Source: Chloroflexia bacterium (GTDB lineage Bacteria; Chloroflexota; Chloroflexia; QHBQ01; JADMIH01). From it: a DNA stretch of 64,000 bases. Positions 1-9,600 of this stretch are shown in pieces. Positions within the stretch are counted from its first letter, which is position 1, and the number at the start of each line of letters is the position of its first letter. The DNA lies in contig DASWMJ010000053.1 of assembly GCA_036399775.1 (NCBI GenBank), forward strand, positions 94,069 through 158,068, written 5' to 3'. The position numbers and the translations under genes are program-made. The notes beneath the pieces were generated by a model. It was not told where the DNA came from, made no database searches, and worked only from the letters and a program-made list of their open reading frames with translations.

Positions 1-293
1 TGTTTCGCTGGCGGAACAATGGGAAGGCGTAAACTTCCCCTGCTACAACACCTCAACAGTGTAATATCAGTACAATAGGCAACACAGAGAGCAGGGCTTA
101 GACCGCCTGCTCACTTTGAAGTTGACAAGGTATGATAAGATGTCAACACGGTTCGACCCGAACGATTTAGTAGGATTGAGCGAAATGATGGACGCTTTTC
201 AGAATGGTTAGAATGTGCTTCTGGATTAGAGTTTTTGTGCTTCCTTCCTGCTGGCGTTGAACAACTACTGATCCCTGACCATGAGGACCGAAT

Positions 294-3200
294 ATGAAGT
301 TTCGTAGATACTGGCTTTCTACCATAGCTGCCCTACTTATGTTGCTTCTATTGGTCGGGAGCAGTAGTGCAAGCGCAAACTACCAGTCCCAGGCTACTAT
401 CAGCTTGCAGCAATCCGACGTGATCCTCTTGTTCCTCGTAATACTTGTTATTACCGCTATTTTGTGGACGTTGCCCTATCTCCTGTTGACTCAGCGAGTT
501 GCGAGAGGCCAACCCGCTAAATCCGACCGTAATCGGAAATATTTCCTTATCTGGTTGCTGGTTGGCCTGCTCGGCGCTCTGATGTCTGTTACGCAGGAAA
601 TCTGGTCCGGCTGGCTGCGTAACCAGTTGGACGCTGCAACCATCAATTGGCGCTGGCTCGACTATATGCTGCGCCCGTTTCAGGGGCCAAAGTTCCCAGG
701 CGTACTTACAACTGATGCTGTGCAATGGTTGGGATTTTGGTCCCTCGTCATGGGAGCGCTCTGGCTATTTTTCTACCCTGTAGAAGACAGTGAACCGGTA
801 CGAGAAGACGGGTCCCAGCCGGCTGGGCAAAAACAGGCCCCCCGCTCGCGCTGGACGACTGGCCGCAGAACGCAGGTGCGCTACGCCATCGTCTGGCTTG
901 CCGGGTTGTTGCTCCTGCTGCCCTGGTCTTCTGCTTTGATCCAGTCGCTCGCGCCTACGATCAGCCTAAATCTGCTGCCCTTCACCTCTCTCCTCTCGCT
1001 GGCTGCCGTCTGGACGACGGCTCTCTTCTTGTGGTTCCTATTCTTCGGCGGGGATAGATCCGAGGCAAACGAGCAGCGCATCTTCCCGTACCAGGGTGTA
1101 TGGGGCACCTTCGCAGTTGTATTGCTTATAACTATCCTGGCGGGCGAGCGGGGATACCAATCGGTTCAGGAGCGCATCAAGGGCACGTACAGCACCGCAA
1201 CGCTTGCCGGGGAGAGTATAGAGTACCTGGAGAGTGTTACCGCCAATGCGAGAGAGTCGGCTTATCGCATCGCAACTTACCTTGATGGATTTGGGTCGCC
1301 TGAACTCGGTGGTCCCAAGCCTTCCCTTACCGACTTAGATCTAGATTATCTGCAAAACACCCTGTTCGTAAACCTGAAGCAGCAGGTCGCGAGTTCAGAG
1401 GCGGCCCTGCGGAATAGCCAGGCGCAGATCGAGAGCGCTCTCGCCAGCGACCCGCCCGGGCCCATGAAGTCCATACTCCTGCAAATGCGCAAAGTAACCT
1501 CCGAGACGAACGCCCCACTCCTACTCTTGCGAACTGCAACCGATTCAATCTACACTGATACCCTAGGCCTGTCGCCATCGCAGCCAGCTGATCCTATATC
1601 AGCTTTGCGAAGGCGTGTGCGTACTGAACTTGTGGTGCCTGCCCATGACGCGGCTGTGCCACCGCGGATAGCAGCAGACTCCATCAGGGGCACAGCACTC
1701 ACAGGCCTGGAGATTTTCCTCGGCCTGAGCGGCCTCTACACTTCCCTGGTGCTCTTCCCCTGGCTGCTCTTGTTGCTCTTCCTCTACCGTAAGCGTCGTG
1801 GTAGGGCAGCGCAAATATACGACGACCTGCTTCGACTCGACCCTACTCGCACGTTGCTTATGAGAGTGATCGATAGCGAACCAAACAAGCAAAGTAAGAA
1901 CGAATTGAGGCAGGCCATTGACGCTATACCTATCGTAAGAGCAAGTGACCCTCCCCCCAGGACCCCGCACCGGCACGTGAACAAGGTGGTTGAGGCCCTC
2001 GCTGGCCACGCTTTCAGCAACTTCGAGTACATAATCAATCTGCTCCTCCTGAGCGTGCTGACTGCTATTGGCTGGTACTATATATTCTACCCTCAGCATG
2101 GCCTGGGGCTGGTAGACCTGATTGCTCAGGGCTACGGTATCAAGGACGTGCTCGGCCAGATAATAGCAAGCATATCCCCGGTGACACTGGGCTTCGCCGG
2201 CGCTTATTTCTACCTCCTTTACATGCTCGTACGCCGCTACCTTGCCGACGACCTGTACCCGGCCACTTTTCTACAGGCAGCCCAACGCTTGCTCATAATT
2301 TTCGTGCTGAGCCTCGCGCTGACTGTTTTCGTCCCTATAGCGGACACAGTGGTGGATGCTGGTGTAAGTGTAGTCTCCGCAGGTGCGCAGGTCGCTTCCG
2401 ACGTGTGGAACAAGAAGCTTATAGGCACGGAGGCGTCGCCAGGGGGTGCGGGTGCCGCTACCCCGACAGCAACGGCAAGAGCTAACGCTGTTCCAAGTCC
2501 GACGGCCACGCCCCGCGCTACGCCGTCCTCCACTGCCACTCCGGAAGATGTAACGGACGGTCGCACTGCTATACTGGCGGCGATGCAGCCCGGCGTGGCC
2601 CAAGCTGATGCCACCTCTAGCGCCACCGCTACGGCTGCCACCGCCACTGCCGCTGCCACTGCCACTGCCACCGCCACTGCCACCGCCACTGCCACTGCTA
2701 GCGCCACTCCTCCTGGCCCAACCAGCACCCCCGACGTGGCTGGAGAAAATGGCGGCAGCTCGGCCAACGCGAATTCGACATCTATCGTGCCCCCCAACCC
2801 CAACGACAACCAGCCCGGTTCCGCTACTTTGGCGTACATTATACTGACCGCTACAGCCTTTGTCGCCGGCATATTTCCAGCGTGGGGCTTCAACTTGCTG
2901 CGCAAGTGGCTACGCGACAGGCTCAACTTCAACGCCCCCAGCATGGACGAGTTTGCGCCTATCACCAAACTAGATGGAATCAACATCTGGACCGAGGCCC
3001 GTCTGTTAGAAGAGAAGATAGATAATGTGCAAGGTATGTCTAATGCCGCTATTGAGCAACTGGTGATCAACACCCACTATACCACCGCCCAGATCGTTGA
3101 TTGGGTGGACCAGGCTATCCTGTACACACACGCCGGTGATCGCGGCGGTTGGTTCCCCCGGCTCCGTAACGCCGGCATCCGCACAGCTACCGACCTGTTG

Positions 3201-3560
3201 AAGGCGGCGGACTGTATAGCGCCTGGCGGCCTACCTCCGGCGGGTGTCGAGGCAGTGGCACCCTCAACCGGAGGCGAGGCAGGCAATCCCCCAGCCGTTA
3301 CACCTGCTCCCCCCGGCCAGGTGGGCGCAGCCGCAGACACAGACACTCCTCTTGCACGACTTTGTAGAGCCATCAACGCTGCAAACACACCTGGAAGCAG
3401 CGCATATGGCAACAACCCTCTGCCGGGCGACGAGGTCACAGTACCCGACAAGATCACAGAAGATATCCTGTGGGAGATGTGCAACTCTATTCGGGACAGC
3501 CCGAACCTGGCCTACATAAGAGAATTCTGCTCATCAGGGAATACACAGGCAAATGTCTAG
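294..3560 (+). CDS. large polytopic membrane protein, unknown function
   Basis: 1088-aa ORF with GAGGA 6 nt upstream of ATG 294. Hydrophobic N-terminus, many predicted helices and an in-frame Ala/Thr/Pro low-complexity linker. The C-terminal soluble part has helix-hairpin-helix-like motifs (LDGINIWTEARLLE, LRNAGIRTATDLL), DUF4332-like by recall only. Confidence 0.6.
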   Translation: MKFRRYWLSTIAALLMLLLLVGSSSASANYQSQATISLQQSDVILLFLVILVITAILWTLPYLLLTQRVARGQPAKSDRNRKYFLIWLLVGLLGALMSVTQEIWSGWLRNQLDAATINWRWLDYMLRPFQGPKFPGVLTTDAVQWLGFWSLVMGALWLFFYPVEDSEPVREDGSQPAGQKQAPRSRWTTGRRTQVRYAIVWLAGLLLLLPWSSALIQSLAPTISLNLLPFTSLLSLAAVWTTALFLWFLFFGGDRSEANEQRIFPYQGVWGTFAVVLLITILAGERGYQSVQERIKGTYSTATLAGESIEYLESVTANARESAYRIATYLDGFGSPELGGPKPSLTDLDLDYLQNTLFVNLKQQVASSEAALRNSQAQIESALASDPPGPMKSILLQMRKVTSETNAPLLLLRTATDSIYTDTLGLSPSQPADPISALRRRVRTELVVPAHDAAVPPRIAADSIRGTALTGLEIFLGLSGLYTSLVLFPWLLLLLFLYRKRRGRAAQIYDDLLRLDPTRTLLMRVIDSEPNKQSKNELRQAIDAIPIVRASDPPPRTPHRHVNKVVEALAGHAFSNFEYIINLLLLSVLTAIGWYYIFYPQHGLGLVDLIAQGYGIKDVLGQIIASISPVTLGFAGAYFYLLYMLVRRYLADDLYPATFLQAAQRLLIIFVLSLALTVFVPIADTVVDAGVSVVSAGAQVASDVWNKKLIGTEASPGGAGAATPTATARANAVPSPTATPRATPSSTATPEDVTDGRTAILAAMQPGVAQADATSSATATAATATAAATATATATATATATASATPPGPTSTPDVAGENGGSSANANSTSIVPPNPNDNQPGSATLAYIILTATAFVAGIFPAWGFNLLRKWLRDRLNFNAPSMDEFAPITKLDGINIWTEARLLEEKIDNVQGMSNAAIEQLVINTHYTTAQIVDWVDQAILYTHAGDRGGWFPRLRNAGIRTATDLLKAADCIAPGGLPPAGVEAVAPSTGGEAGNPPAVTPAPPGQVGAAADTDTPLARLCRAINAANTPGSSAYGNNPLPGDEVTVPDKITEDILWEMCNSIRDSPNLAYIREFCSSGNTQANV
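2609..2708 (+). repeat. in-frame hexanucleotide (GCCACY)n microsatellite encoding (Ala-Thr)n
   Basis: gccaccgccactgccgctgccactgccactgccaccgccactgcc... read directly. It translates to ATATAATATATATATATATA. Confidence 0.85.
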
Positions 3561-3669
3561 TCACAAATAAACCTTGAAGGCAGGAGAGCGATTAATCAGG
3601 GCTGCCCTCAGGCGATCCGGCCAGAATATGTCACTGCATACTGCCAGGTAATCGCTGTAATAGTGTGTA

Positions 3670-3696
3670 GCAGGTGGTAGATACGCTACCACCTGC
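3670..3696. terminator. 11-bp perfect hairpin between convergent genes (possible terminator)
   Basis: gcaggtggtag-atacg-ctaccacctgc. There is no clear U-tract, hence the low confidence. Confidence 0.4.
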
Positions 3697-3857
3697 TGCA
3701 TAGCTTCCCATTCTCAGACCGTTAACACCTGTGCTTCTGCTATCAGTATGCTCTGTCGTGCTCTGCCAATCACTACGTAGGCTTATTCGTTTTGCCTATG
3801 AACGTGACAGTTCATCCACCTCCACCTTATCGGCACTCAATATAAAGAAGGACCAGG

Positions 3858-6242
3858 CTACTTCTGGGGGTAGGGTTGGTCTTCGGATTGGCCGTCCGCA
3901 GGTATTGATTGGCCCTCCGTTGCCGTTTGCTGCTCTCCTGCGAGGTCTACGCTACCTGGCGCGTCCGTGCCTGAGGGCGTTTCACAGTTGGGGAAGAAGG
4001 TGTTAGACACTATCTTCGATACCTGCCCCCTGGTAGCGTTGTTGTTCGGACGGAAGTAGGGCAGGTTGTCCGCGCTGCAAGGCTCGTTCGCGCCGCCGCA
4101 TGGGTAGCCGCCGATGAAGCCCCGGCCTGCGAGGCGCTGTATCCAGGTGTAGAAGCTGTTGGAAGGCGGTACGTCCTGGAACATCTGGTCGCCTACGGCA
4201 TCATTGATACCGGCTGCGTTGGACACTATCTTCGAGATCTGTCCTCTAGTAGCAGGAGCATTAGGTCTGAAGTATGGGTAGTTGTTGGGAGGTATGCATA
4301 GCTGCTCAGGCACAATACCACATTCATAGCCACCCATATACCCGTGCTGAGACAAGCGGTTCACCCAATCATAGAATGGACTACCAACCGGCACGTCTTC
4401 GTAGATCCGAGGACCCCGATCTTCTGAGAAGCCGGCAGCGTTGGAGACGATCTTGGCTATCTGCCCTCGCGTTACAGCGTTTCCTGGGCGGAATGAGCCA
4501 TCCGAGTACCCTGAGATTATGTCTTTACATGCCAGGCACCTTATGTATATAGAGAATGTCGAGTCTTCGGGTACGTCTGCGAAGGTGATGGCACATGCTG
4601 TAGGAGCTCCTATAGTAGCCGAAGGCATTGCTGTAGGGGTGTAGGGTGGGATGGTAGGAGTACCGGTAACGGTAGCTGAGCGTGTATTGGTGGGGCTTGA
4701 CGTTGAAGATGTAGAGCTAGGAGTACCGGTAACGGTAGCCGAGCGTGTATCGGTGGGACTTGACGTTGAAGATGTAGAGGTAACAGTGGCCGATGCGGCG
4801 GGGTTGGTAGAGCTTGGTGAGGGAACGCTTGTGGAAGTACGCGGCGGCACGCCGCCTGTTGGAGTATTTGACGGTCGGACAGTTGGTGGCGTGCCGGTCA
4901 CCGTCGGCGTGAGAGTGGGCGGAATAGGCGATGGGGTCGGAGTGGGGCAGAAAGTGCCGTAATGCTCGGTGACAGGAGACTCGGGGCCACCCACCGCCCA
5001 CAGGTCGAGTGGTCCTACAGCAGCTATCCCCTCAATCGCGGCGTATTGTCCAAGCCAGGGATTATTCACCACGCTCCAGGCTGAACCGTTCCAGTGCTCG
5101 AACAACGCCCCGCCCGCGCCGTCGGCCACGCGGCCAACTGCCCAAATATCGTCCCAGTCAAGCGCCACTACGTCGTTGAGCAAGGGAGTACCGGCGATAC
5201 CAGGAACAGGTGTGATCTCCCAGGCGGAGCCGTTCCAATGCAAAATCAGATGACCATTTACGTTGGAGTGTCCCACCGCCCAGAAATCATTTGGCCCCAC
5301 CGCAGTTACATTATTCAGGACGTTGGCATACTCATCGAAGTTAGGACTTGAGACCGTTTGCCAGGTAGAGCCATTCCAGTGCATAGTCAGCGTGCGGTTC
5401 GTGTTGCCATCTCCCATGGTACCTACGGCCCAGATATCATCAGGCCCCGCAGCCGCTAGGCCGGACAGGGCACTGGTCACACCCGGACTTGGGCTGGGCA
5501 CGTGCTGCCACACGGACCCATTCCAGTGCAGTATCAGGCCCCTATTGTTCCCGGTAGGATCGGTGCCCACGGCCCACACATCATTAGAGGAGATGGCTGT
5601 GACTTCGCGCAGAATGCCATTAACGGGTGGTGTCACGACGCTCCAGGTGCTCCCATCCCAGTGCTCGATCAAAGTAGGAGAAAAGTCAGAGGTGCCTGAC
5701 ATGCCAACGGCCCAGACATCGTTGGGTGCCGCCGCAGCGACTCCAAAAAATTGATTGAGGCTCCCAGGGTTGGGACTGGGGACAATGGACCATGCTGTGC
5801 CATCCCAGTGCTCGGTCAACGTCCGATAGGCACCATTGACGACGTAGACGCCTACCGCCCAAACATCGCTTGAAGAAATGGCTGCGACGTCATACAAGCC
5901 GTGGTACGCCAGGGAAGGACTGCCCACAACACTCCAGCATCCACCGGCTGATGGAGTTGCCGTTGGCCGCGTCGCCGTGGGGGTCGCTGTACGGGTGGGG
6001 CTGATCGTGGGTGTGGCCGTTGGAGGCGTGCCTGTGTTGGTGGAGGTGGCTGTGGGTGGTGTGCCGGTAACACTGGGTGTTGGGGTAGCAGTCGGTAGCT
6101 GAGTATCGAGCACAGCTAGAGGCTTGCCATGTTCGTTAGAGGTGACTTGCGCGTAAGCCGGTTGGGCCAGGGGCGTGGCCGCGCCTATCAGCATTAGCAC
6201 AAGGCCCGCACCAAAGGAAATCAGACTGTGACGTTTGCGCAT
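3858..6242 (-). CDS. secreted cell-surface protein: beta-propeller-like HWDG/DVWAVG repeats, Thr/Pro/Ser linkers, three SLH domains
   Basis: 794-aa ORF with AAGGAG upstream of ATG 6242 and a signal peptide (LVLMLIGAATPLAQPAYA). About 7 repeats of the form HWDG..W..VPSP....DVWAVG. The C-terminus has 3 SLH-like units (F.DVP....Y..I..L...G...GY.D..FRP....TRGQ..KIVSN). Confidence 0.8.
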   Translation of the reverse strand: MRKRHSLISFGAGLVLMLIGAATPLAQPAYAQVTSNEHGKPLAVLDTQLPTATPTPSVTGTPPTATSTNTGTPPTATPTISPTRTATPTATRPTATPSAGGCWSVVGSPSLAYHGLYDVAAISSSDVWAVGVYVVNGAYRTLTEHWDGTAWSIVPSPNPGSLNQFFGVAAAAPNDVWAVGMSGTSDFSPTLIEHWDGSTWSVVTPPVNGILREVTAISSNDVWAVGTDPTGNNRGLILHWNGSVWQHVPSPSPGVTSALSGLAAAGPDDIWAVGTMGDGNTNRTLTMHWNGSTWQTVSSPNFDEYANVLNNVTAVGPNDFWAVGHSNVNGHLILHWNGSAWEITPVPGIAGTPLLNDVVALDWDDIWAVGRVADGAGGALFEHWNGSAWSVVNNPWLGQYAAIEGIAAVGPLDLWAVGGPESPVTEHYGTFCPTPTPSPIPPTLTPTVTGTPPTVRPSNTPTGGVPPRTSTSVPSPSSTNPAASATVTSTSSTSSPTDTRSATVTGTPSSTSSTSSPTNTRSATVTGTPTIPPYTPTAMPSATIGAPTACAITFADVPEDSTFSIYIRCLACKDIISGYSDGSFRPGNAVTRGQIAKIVSNAAGFSEDRGPRIYEDVPVGSPFYDWVNRLSQHGYMGGYECGIVPEQLCIPPNNYPYFRPNAPATRGQISKIVSNAAGINDAVGDQMFQDVPPSNSFYTWIQRLAGRGFIGGYPCGGANEPCSADNLPYFRPNNNATRGQVSKIVSNTFFPNCETPSGTDAPGSVDLAGEQQTATEGQSIPADGQSEDQPYPQK
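4655..4780 (-). repeat. 2 x 63-nt tandem repeat in the Ser/Thr linker
   Basis: Units at 4655-4717 and 4718-4780 differ at a few positions. They encode SSTSSPT(D/N)TRSATVTGTP twice. Confidence 0.85.
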
Positions 6243-6580
6243 AACCAGGCTCCTTCTTTGCTCCTATCGCTGCGACGATCATGGGGTAAAATGAAGTTAA
6301 GTGCCTGCGGGGTTGCCTGGCAAGACGGAGGGGTTTGGGACAACCTCTTCTACTCTTGAGAGCTGTGGATGTTGAAGTGGATGCGTAATACCCTCCCGCA
6401 GTTAGGTAGCAATAGAGTATACCACATGAATCGCGAAAGCGATAGTCCACTTTACTCTAAGACTCTCTCCTAGCAGCAAATTAGCAGTGAAACTGAGTAC
6501 GGTGCGACGTATCAGGTCGCAGCCCCGCCTTGCCTATGTACTTGAATCGCAGTACTTAGGTGCGACACTCCTGAAGGGCG

Positions 6581-6628
6581 AAGCAAGAGGCCCTGCGCGT
6601 GACAGCCTCCGCGCATGGCCTCTTGCTT
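6581..6628 (-). terminator. 12-bp stem hairpin downstream of the 1180-aa gene (possible terminator)
   Basis: aagcaagaggcc ... ggcctcttgctt with a GC-rich inner hairpin. No clear U-tract. Confidence 0.35.
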
Positions 6629-6650
6629 GAGGAAGGAGTAAGCTACTTTA

Positions 6651-9600
6651 TCAGGGCGTTTCGCAGTTGGGGAAGAAGGTGTTGGACACGATCTTCGACA
6701 CCTGCCCCCTGGTAGCGTTGTTGTTAGGGCGGAAGTAGGGCAGATTGCTCGCGCCGCAAGGCTCGTTCGCGCCGCCGCAGGGGTAGCCGCCTATGTAGCC
6801 CCGGCTTGCCAGGCGCTGCACCCACAGGAAGAAGCCGTTGGTGGGCGGTATGTCCTCGAAGAGTTGCCCTGGCGGGTCGTCGTTGAAGCCTGCTGCGTTG
6901 GAGACTATCTTCGAGATTTGGCCCCTGGTAGCGTTGTTGTTGGGGCGGAAGTATGGCTTGCCGTCCGCGCCGCACGGTTCATTCGCGCCGCCGCACGGGT
7001 AGCCACTGATGAAGCCCCGGCTCGCCAGGCGCTGTACCCACAGGAAGAAGCCGTTAGCAGGCGGCACGTCCTCGAACATCTGCGCCCCTGGCTCGTCGCT
7101 GAAGCCTGCTGCGTTGGACACTATCTTGGATAACTGCCCGCGTGTGACGTTATTGCCCGGACGGAACGTGTTGTCGGAGTAGCCGCCCAGGATGCCCCGG
7201 CAGGCAAGGCAGCGCACGAACGAATAGAAAGTGCTGCCCTCCTGCACGTCCGAGAACTGCAAGTCGCACGGCTGGATGCCAGGTGTCTCGGTGGGGATTG
7301 GGGTCTCGACCGTAGGCTCCACGATAGGCGTGTCTGTAGCTGTGGGTTCAATCGTCGCCGTTGCCCCGCCTGGCGTCTGGGTAGGTCGTGGCGTGCTTGT
7401 GCGCGTGGCCGACGCTGGAATAGCTGTGTTGGTACGTGTGGCTGTGCGGGTAGGAGATGGCGGTACAGCCGTTCTGGTGCGCGTGGCAGTAGGAGGGACC
7501 GGCGTGTTGCTCGGCACGCGGGTGGCAGTTGCTCCACCAGGTGTCTGAGTAGGTCGCGGCGTGCTGGTGCGAGTAGCTGTGGGCGCGATGGGTGTGTTGG
7601 TGCGCGTGGCCGTGCGCGTAGGCGATGGGGGTAAGGGGGTAGCGGTGCGGGTAGCGGTGCGAGTAGGCGAGGCAGCTATTGGCGTATTGGTGCGCGTAGG
7701 AAAAGGCGCGACTGGCGTATTGGTGCGCGTAGGAGAAGCTGCGATAGGGGTATTGGTACGAGTCGCCGTGCGGGTGGCGGTCCGCGTAGGTGATGGAGCA
7801 ACTGGCGTATTGGTGCGGGTAGCCGTTATGGTAGCTGTGCGCGTAGGCGACGGCGCGACTGGCGTATTGGTGCGCGTGGGTGAAGGCGGGACGACAACTC
7901 CCAGCCTGGCGATGAAGGAGTCCGTGGTGTTCACTCCGTAAGGGCTGTTCGACAGGTACCCATTCACTACAGGGAAGTCTGCGGCATCCGTGCTGCCCAC
8001 CACGTATGCGTTGCCTGCGCTGTCTACGCTGATGCCCGCCGCCGTATCGTTGGGCGCACGCGGGCCGTCTGCGGCCCCTCCACCCAGGTAGGTCGAGTAA
8101 ACGAGGGACGCATTCCCGGTGGAAGCGTTCGGGTTGAACTTCGCTACAAATGCATCGCCTGTACCGTCCTCAAGCCTGTAGCAGCCACCGCACGTACTCT
8201 GATATGCGTCGCGGAGTGGGAAGGGGGGAGCGACACTCTGCGGGGTGTTGGTATGTCCGGCTACGTAGATGTTGCCCGCGCTGTCAATATCTACGCCTTT
8301 GATCGCGTCTCCCCAGAGGCCGCCGAAGCTGGAGCCATAAGTTACAGCGGCAGTACCGGAGAGATTGGTATTGATCCTGAGGACCCAACCGTCGCCATTG
8401 CCGCCATAATAACCCTGGTATGCATTGGTGGTAAGATAGACGAGGCCGGCGCTTTCCCCTGCCAGGTAGGCGTTGCCCGAAGCATCGGCAGCTATAGCGC
8501 GACCGTAATCCTCATTGACGCCGCCTATGTAGCTGGAGTATTTGTATGCGTTGACACCGGAGCTATTCGTGTCGAGCTTCACCAGGAAAGAGTCGCACTC
8601 ACAGAAGTACCCTCCATTATTCTCGTCCTGTAGCCCGTTAGGTGTGAACGGCAGATCGCTTGAGCTGGTGTCGCCGGTGACGTAGGCGTTGCCCAGTCCA
8701 TCCGTTGCAATCCCGTAACCATAGTCGAGGCCGTTGCCCGAGTAGATTTCAGAATAGATCAGCGAGGTATTGCCTGCGGACGCCGTGTTGATGCGGGTTA
8801 TGAAAACGTCCGGTGCGGCTTCGGGAGCATAGTAGCCGTTGCGGGTAGGGAAATTGGGCGACTCGGTGGAGCCTGTGATGAAGGCTTGCGTGCCACTGAC
8901 CGCGATGGCCTTGCCGTCGTCCGAGCCGGTGCCACCCAGGTAGGTCGAATATAGCAGGGCGGTGCCGCCTGCGTTGAGCTTTGCCAGGAAAACATCCTCC
9001 CCAGGTTGGTCCCCCTGGTACGCGCCCAACAGGGGGAAGTTGGTCGAGAGAGTCTGCCCCACTACATAGGCGTTACCGGATGCATCCACCGCGATGCCCC
9101 TGCCGAAATCATTGTCATTGCCGCCCAGGTAGGTGGAGTAGACGAGGGAAGGCACGCCTGCCGCGTTGGTGTTGGTCTTGGTAACGTATGCATCGAAGGT
9201 AGAGGCTCTTGCGCCCTGGTATGCGCCTGGATTGGGCAGGATCGGGAAGTTGGACGAGCCGGTTACGCCGGTGGTCCAAACGTTGCCCGCGTCGTCGGAC
9301 GCTATAGCAAAGCCCGCGTCGTCGCCGTTGGTCCCCAGGTAGGTAGAGTATAGGATCGTAGGATCGATAGTAAGAGGCTGCGAGGGGTCGTAGCTGTCCA
9401 GGAGGAAGCCGACAGTGTTGCCGGGTTGCAGCGCATAGCTCACGCTGACGGGCACCTGCTTCCCATTTACCGTTTGCCAGGCTATGGGCGCTTGCTCCGT
9501 CACCGTAACAGCCTGGCCTCCATTTGCCGCGCACGCCACGATGACGAGGTTGCCCGCGCTGTCTACGCTCACCGATGCGGCTCCATCATAGCGCCAGCGT

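Noticed and set aside
122-150. gttgaca...tgtcaac inverted repeat and TTGACA hexamer upstream of the first gene, considered as a promoter or operator.
   Set aside because: No acceptable -10 hexamer lies at 16-18 nt spacing, and a single 7-bp inverted repeat is not distinctive.
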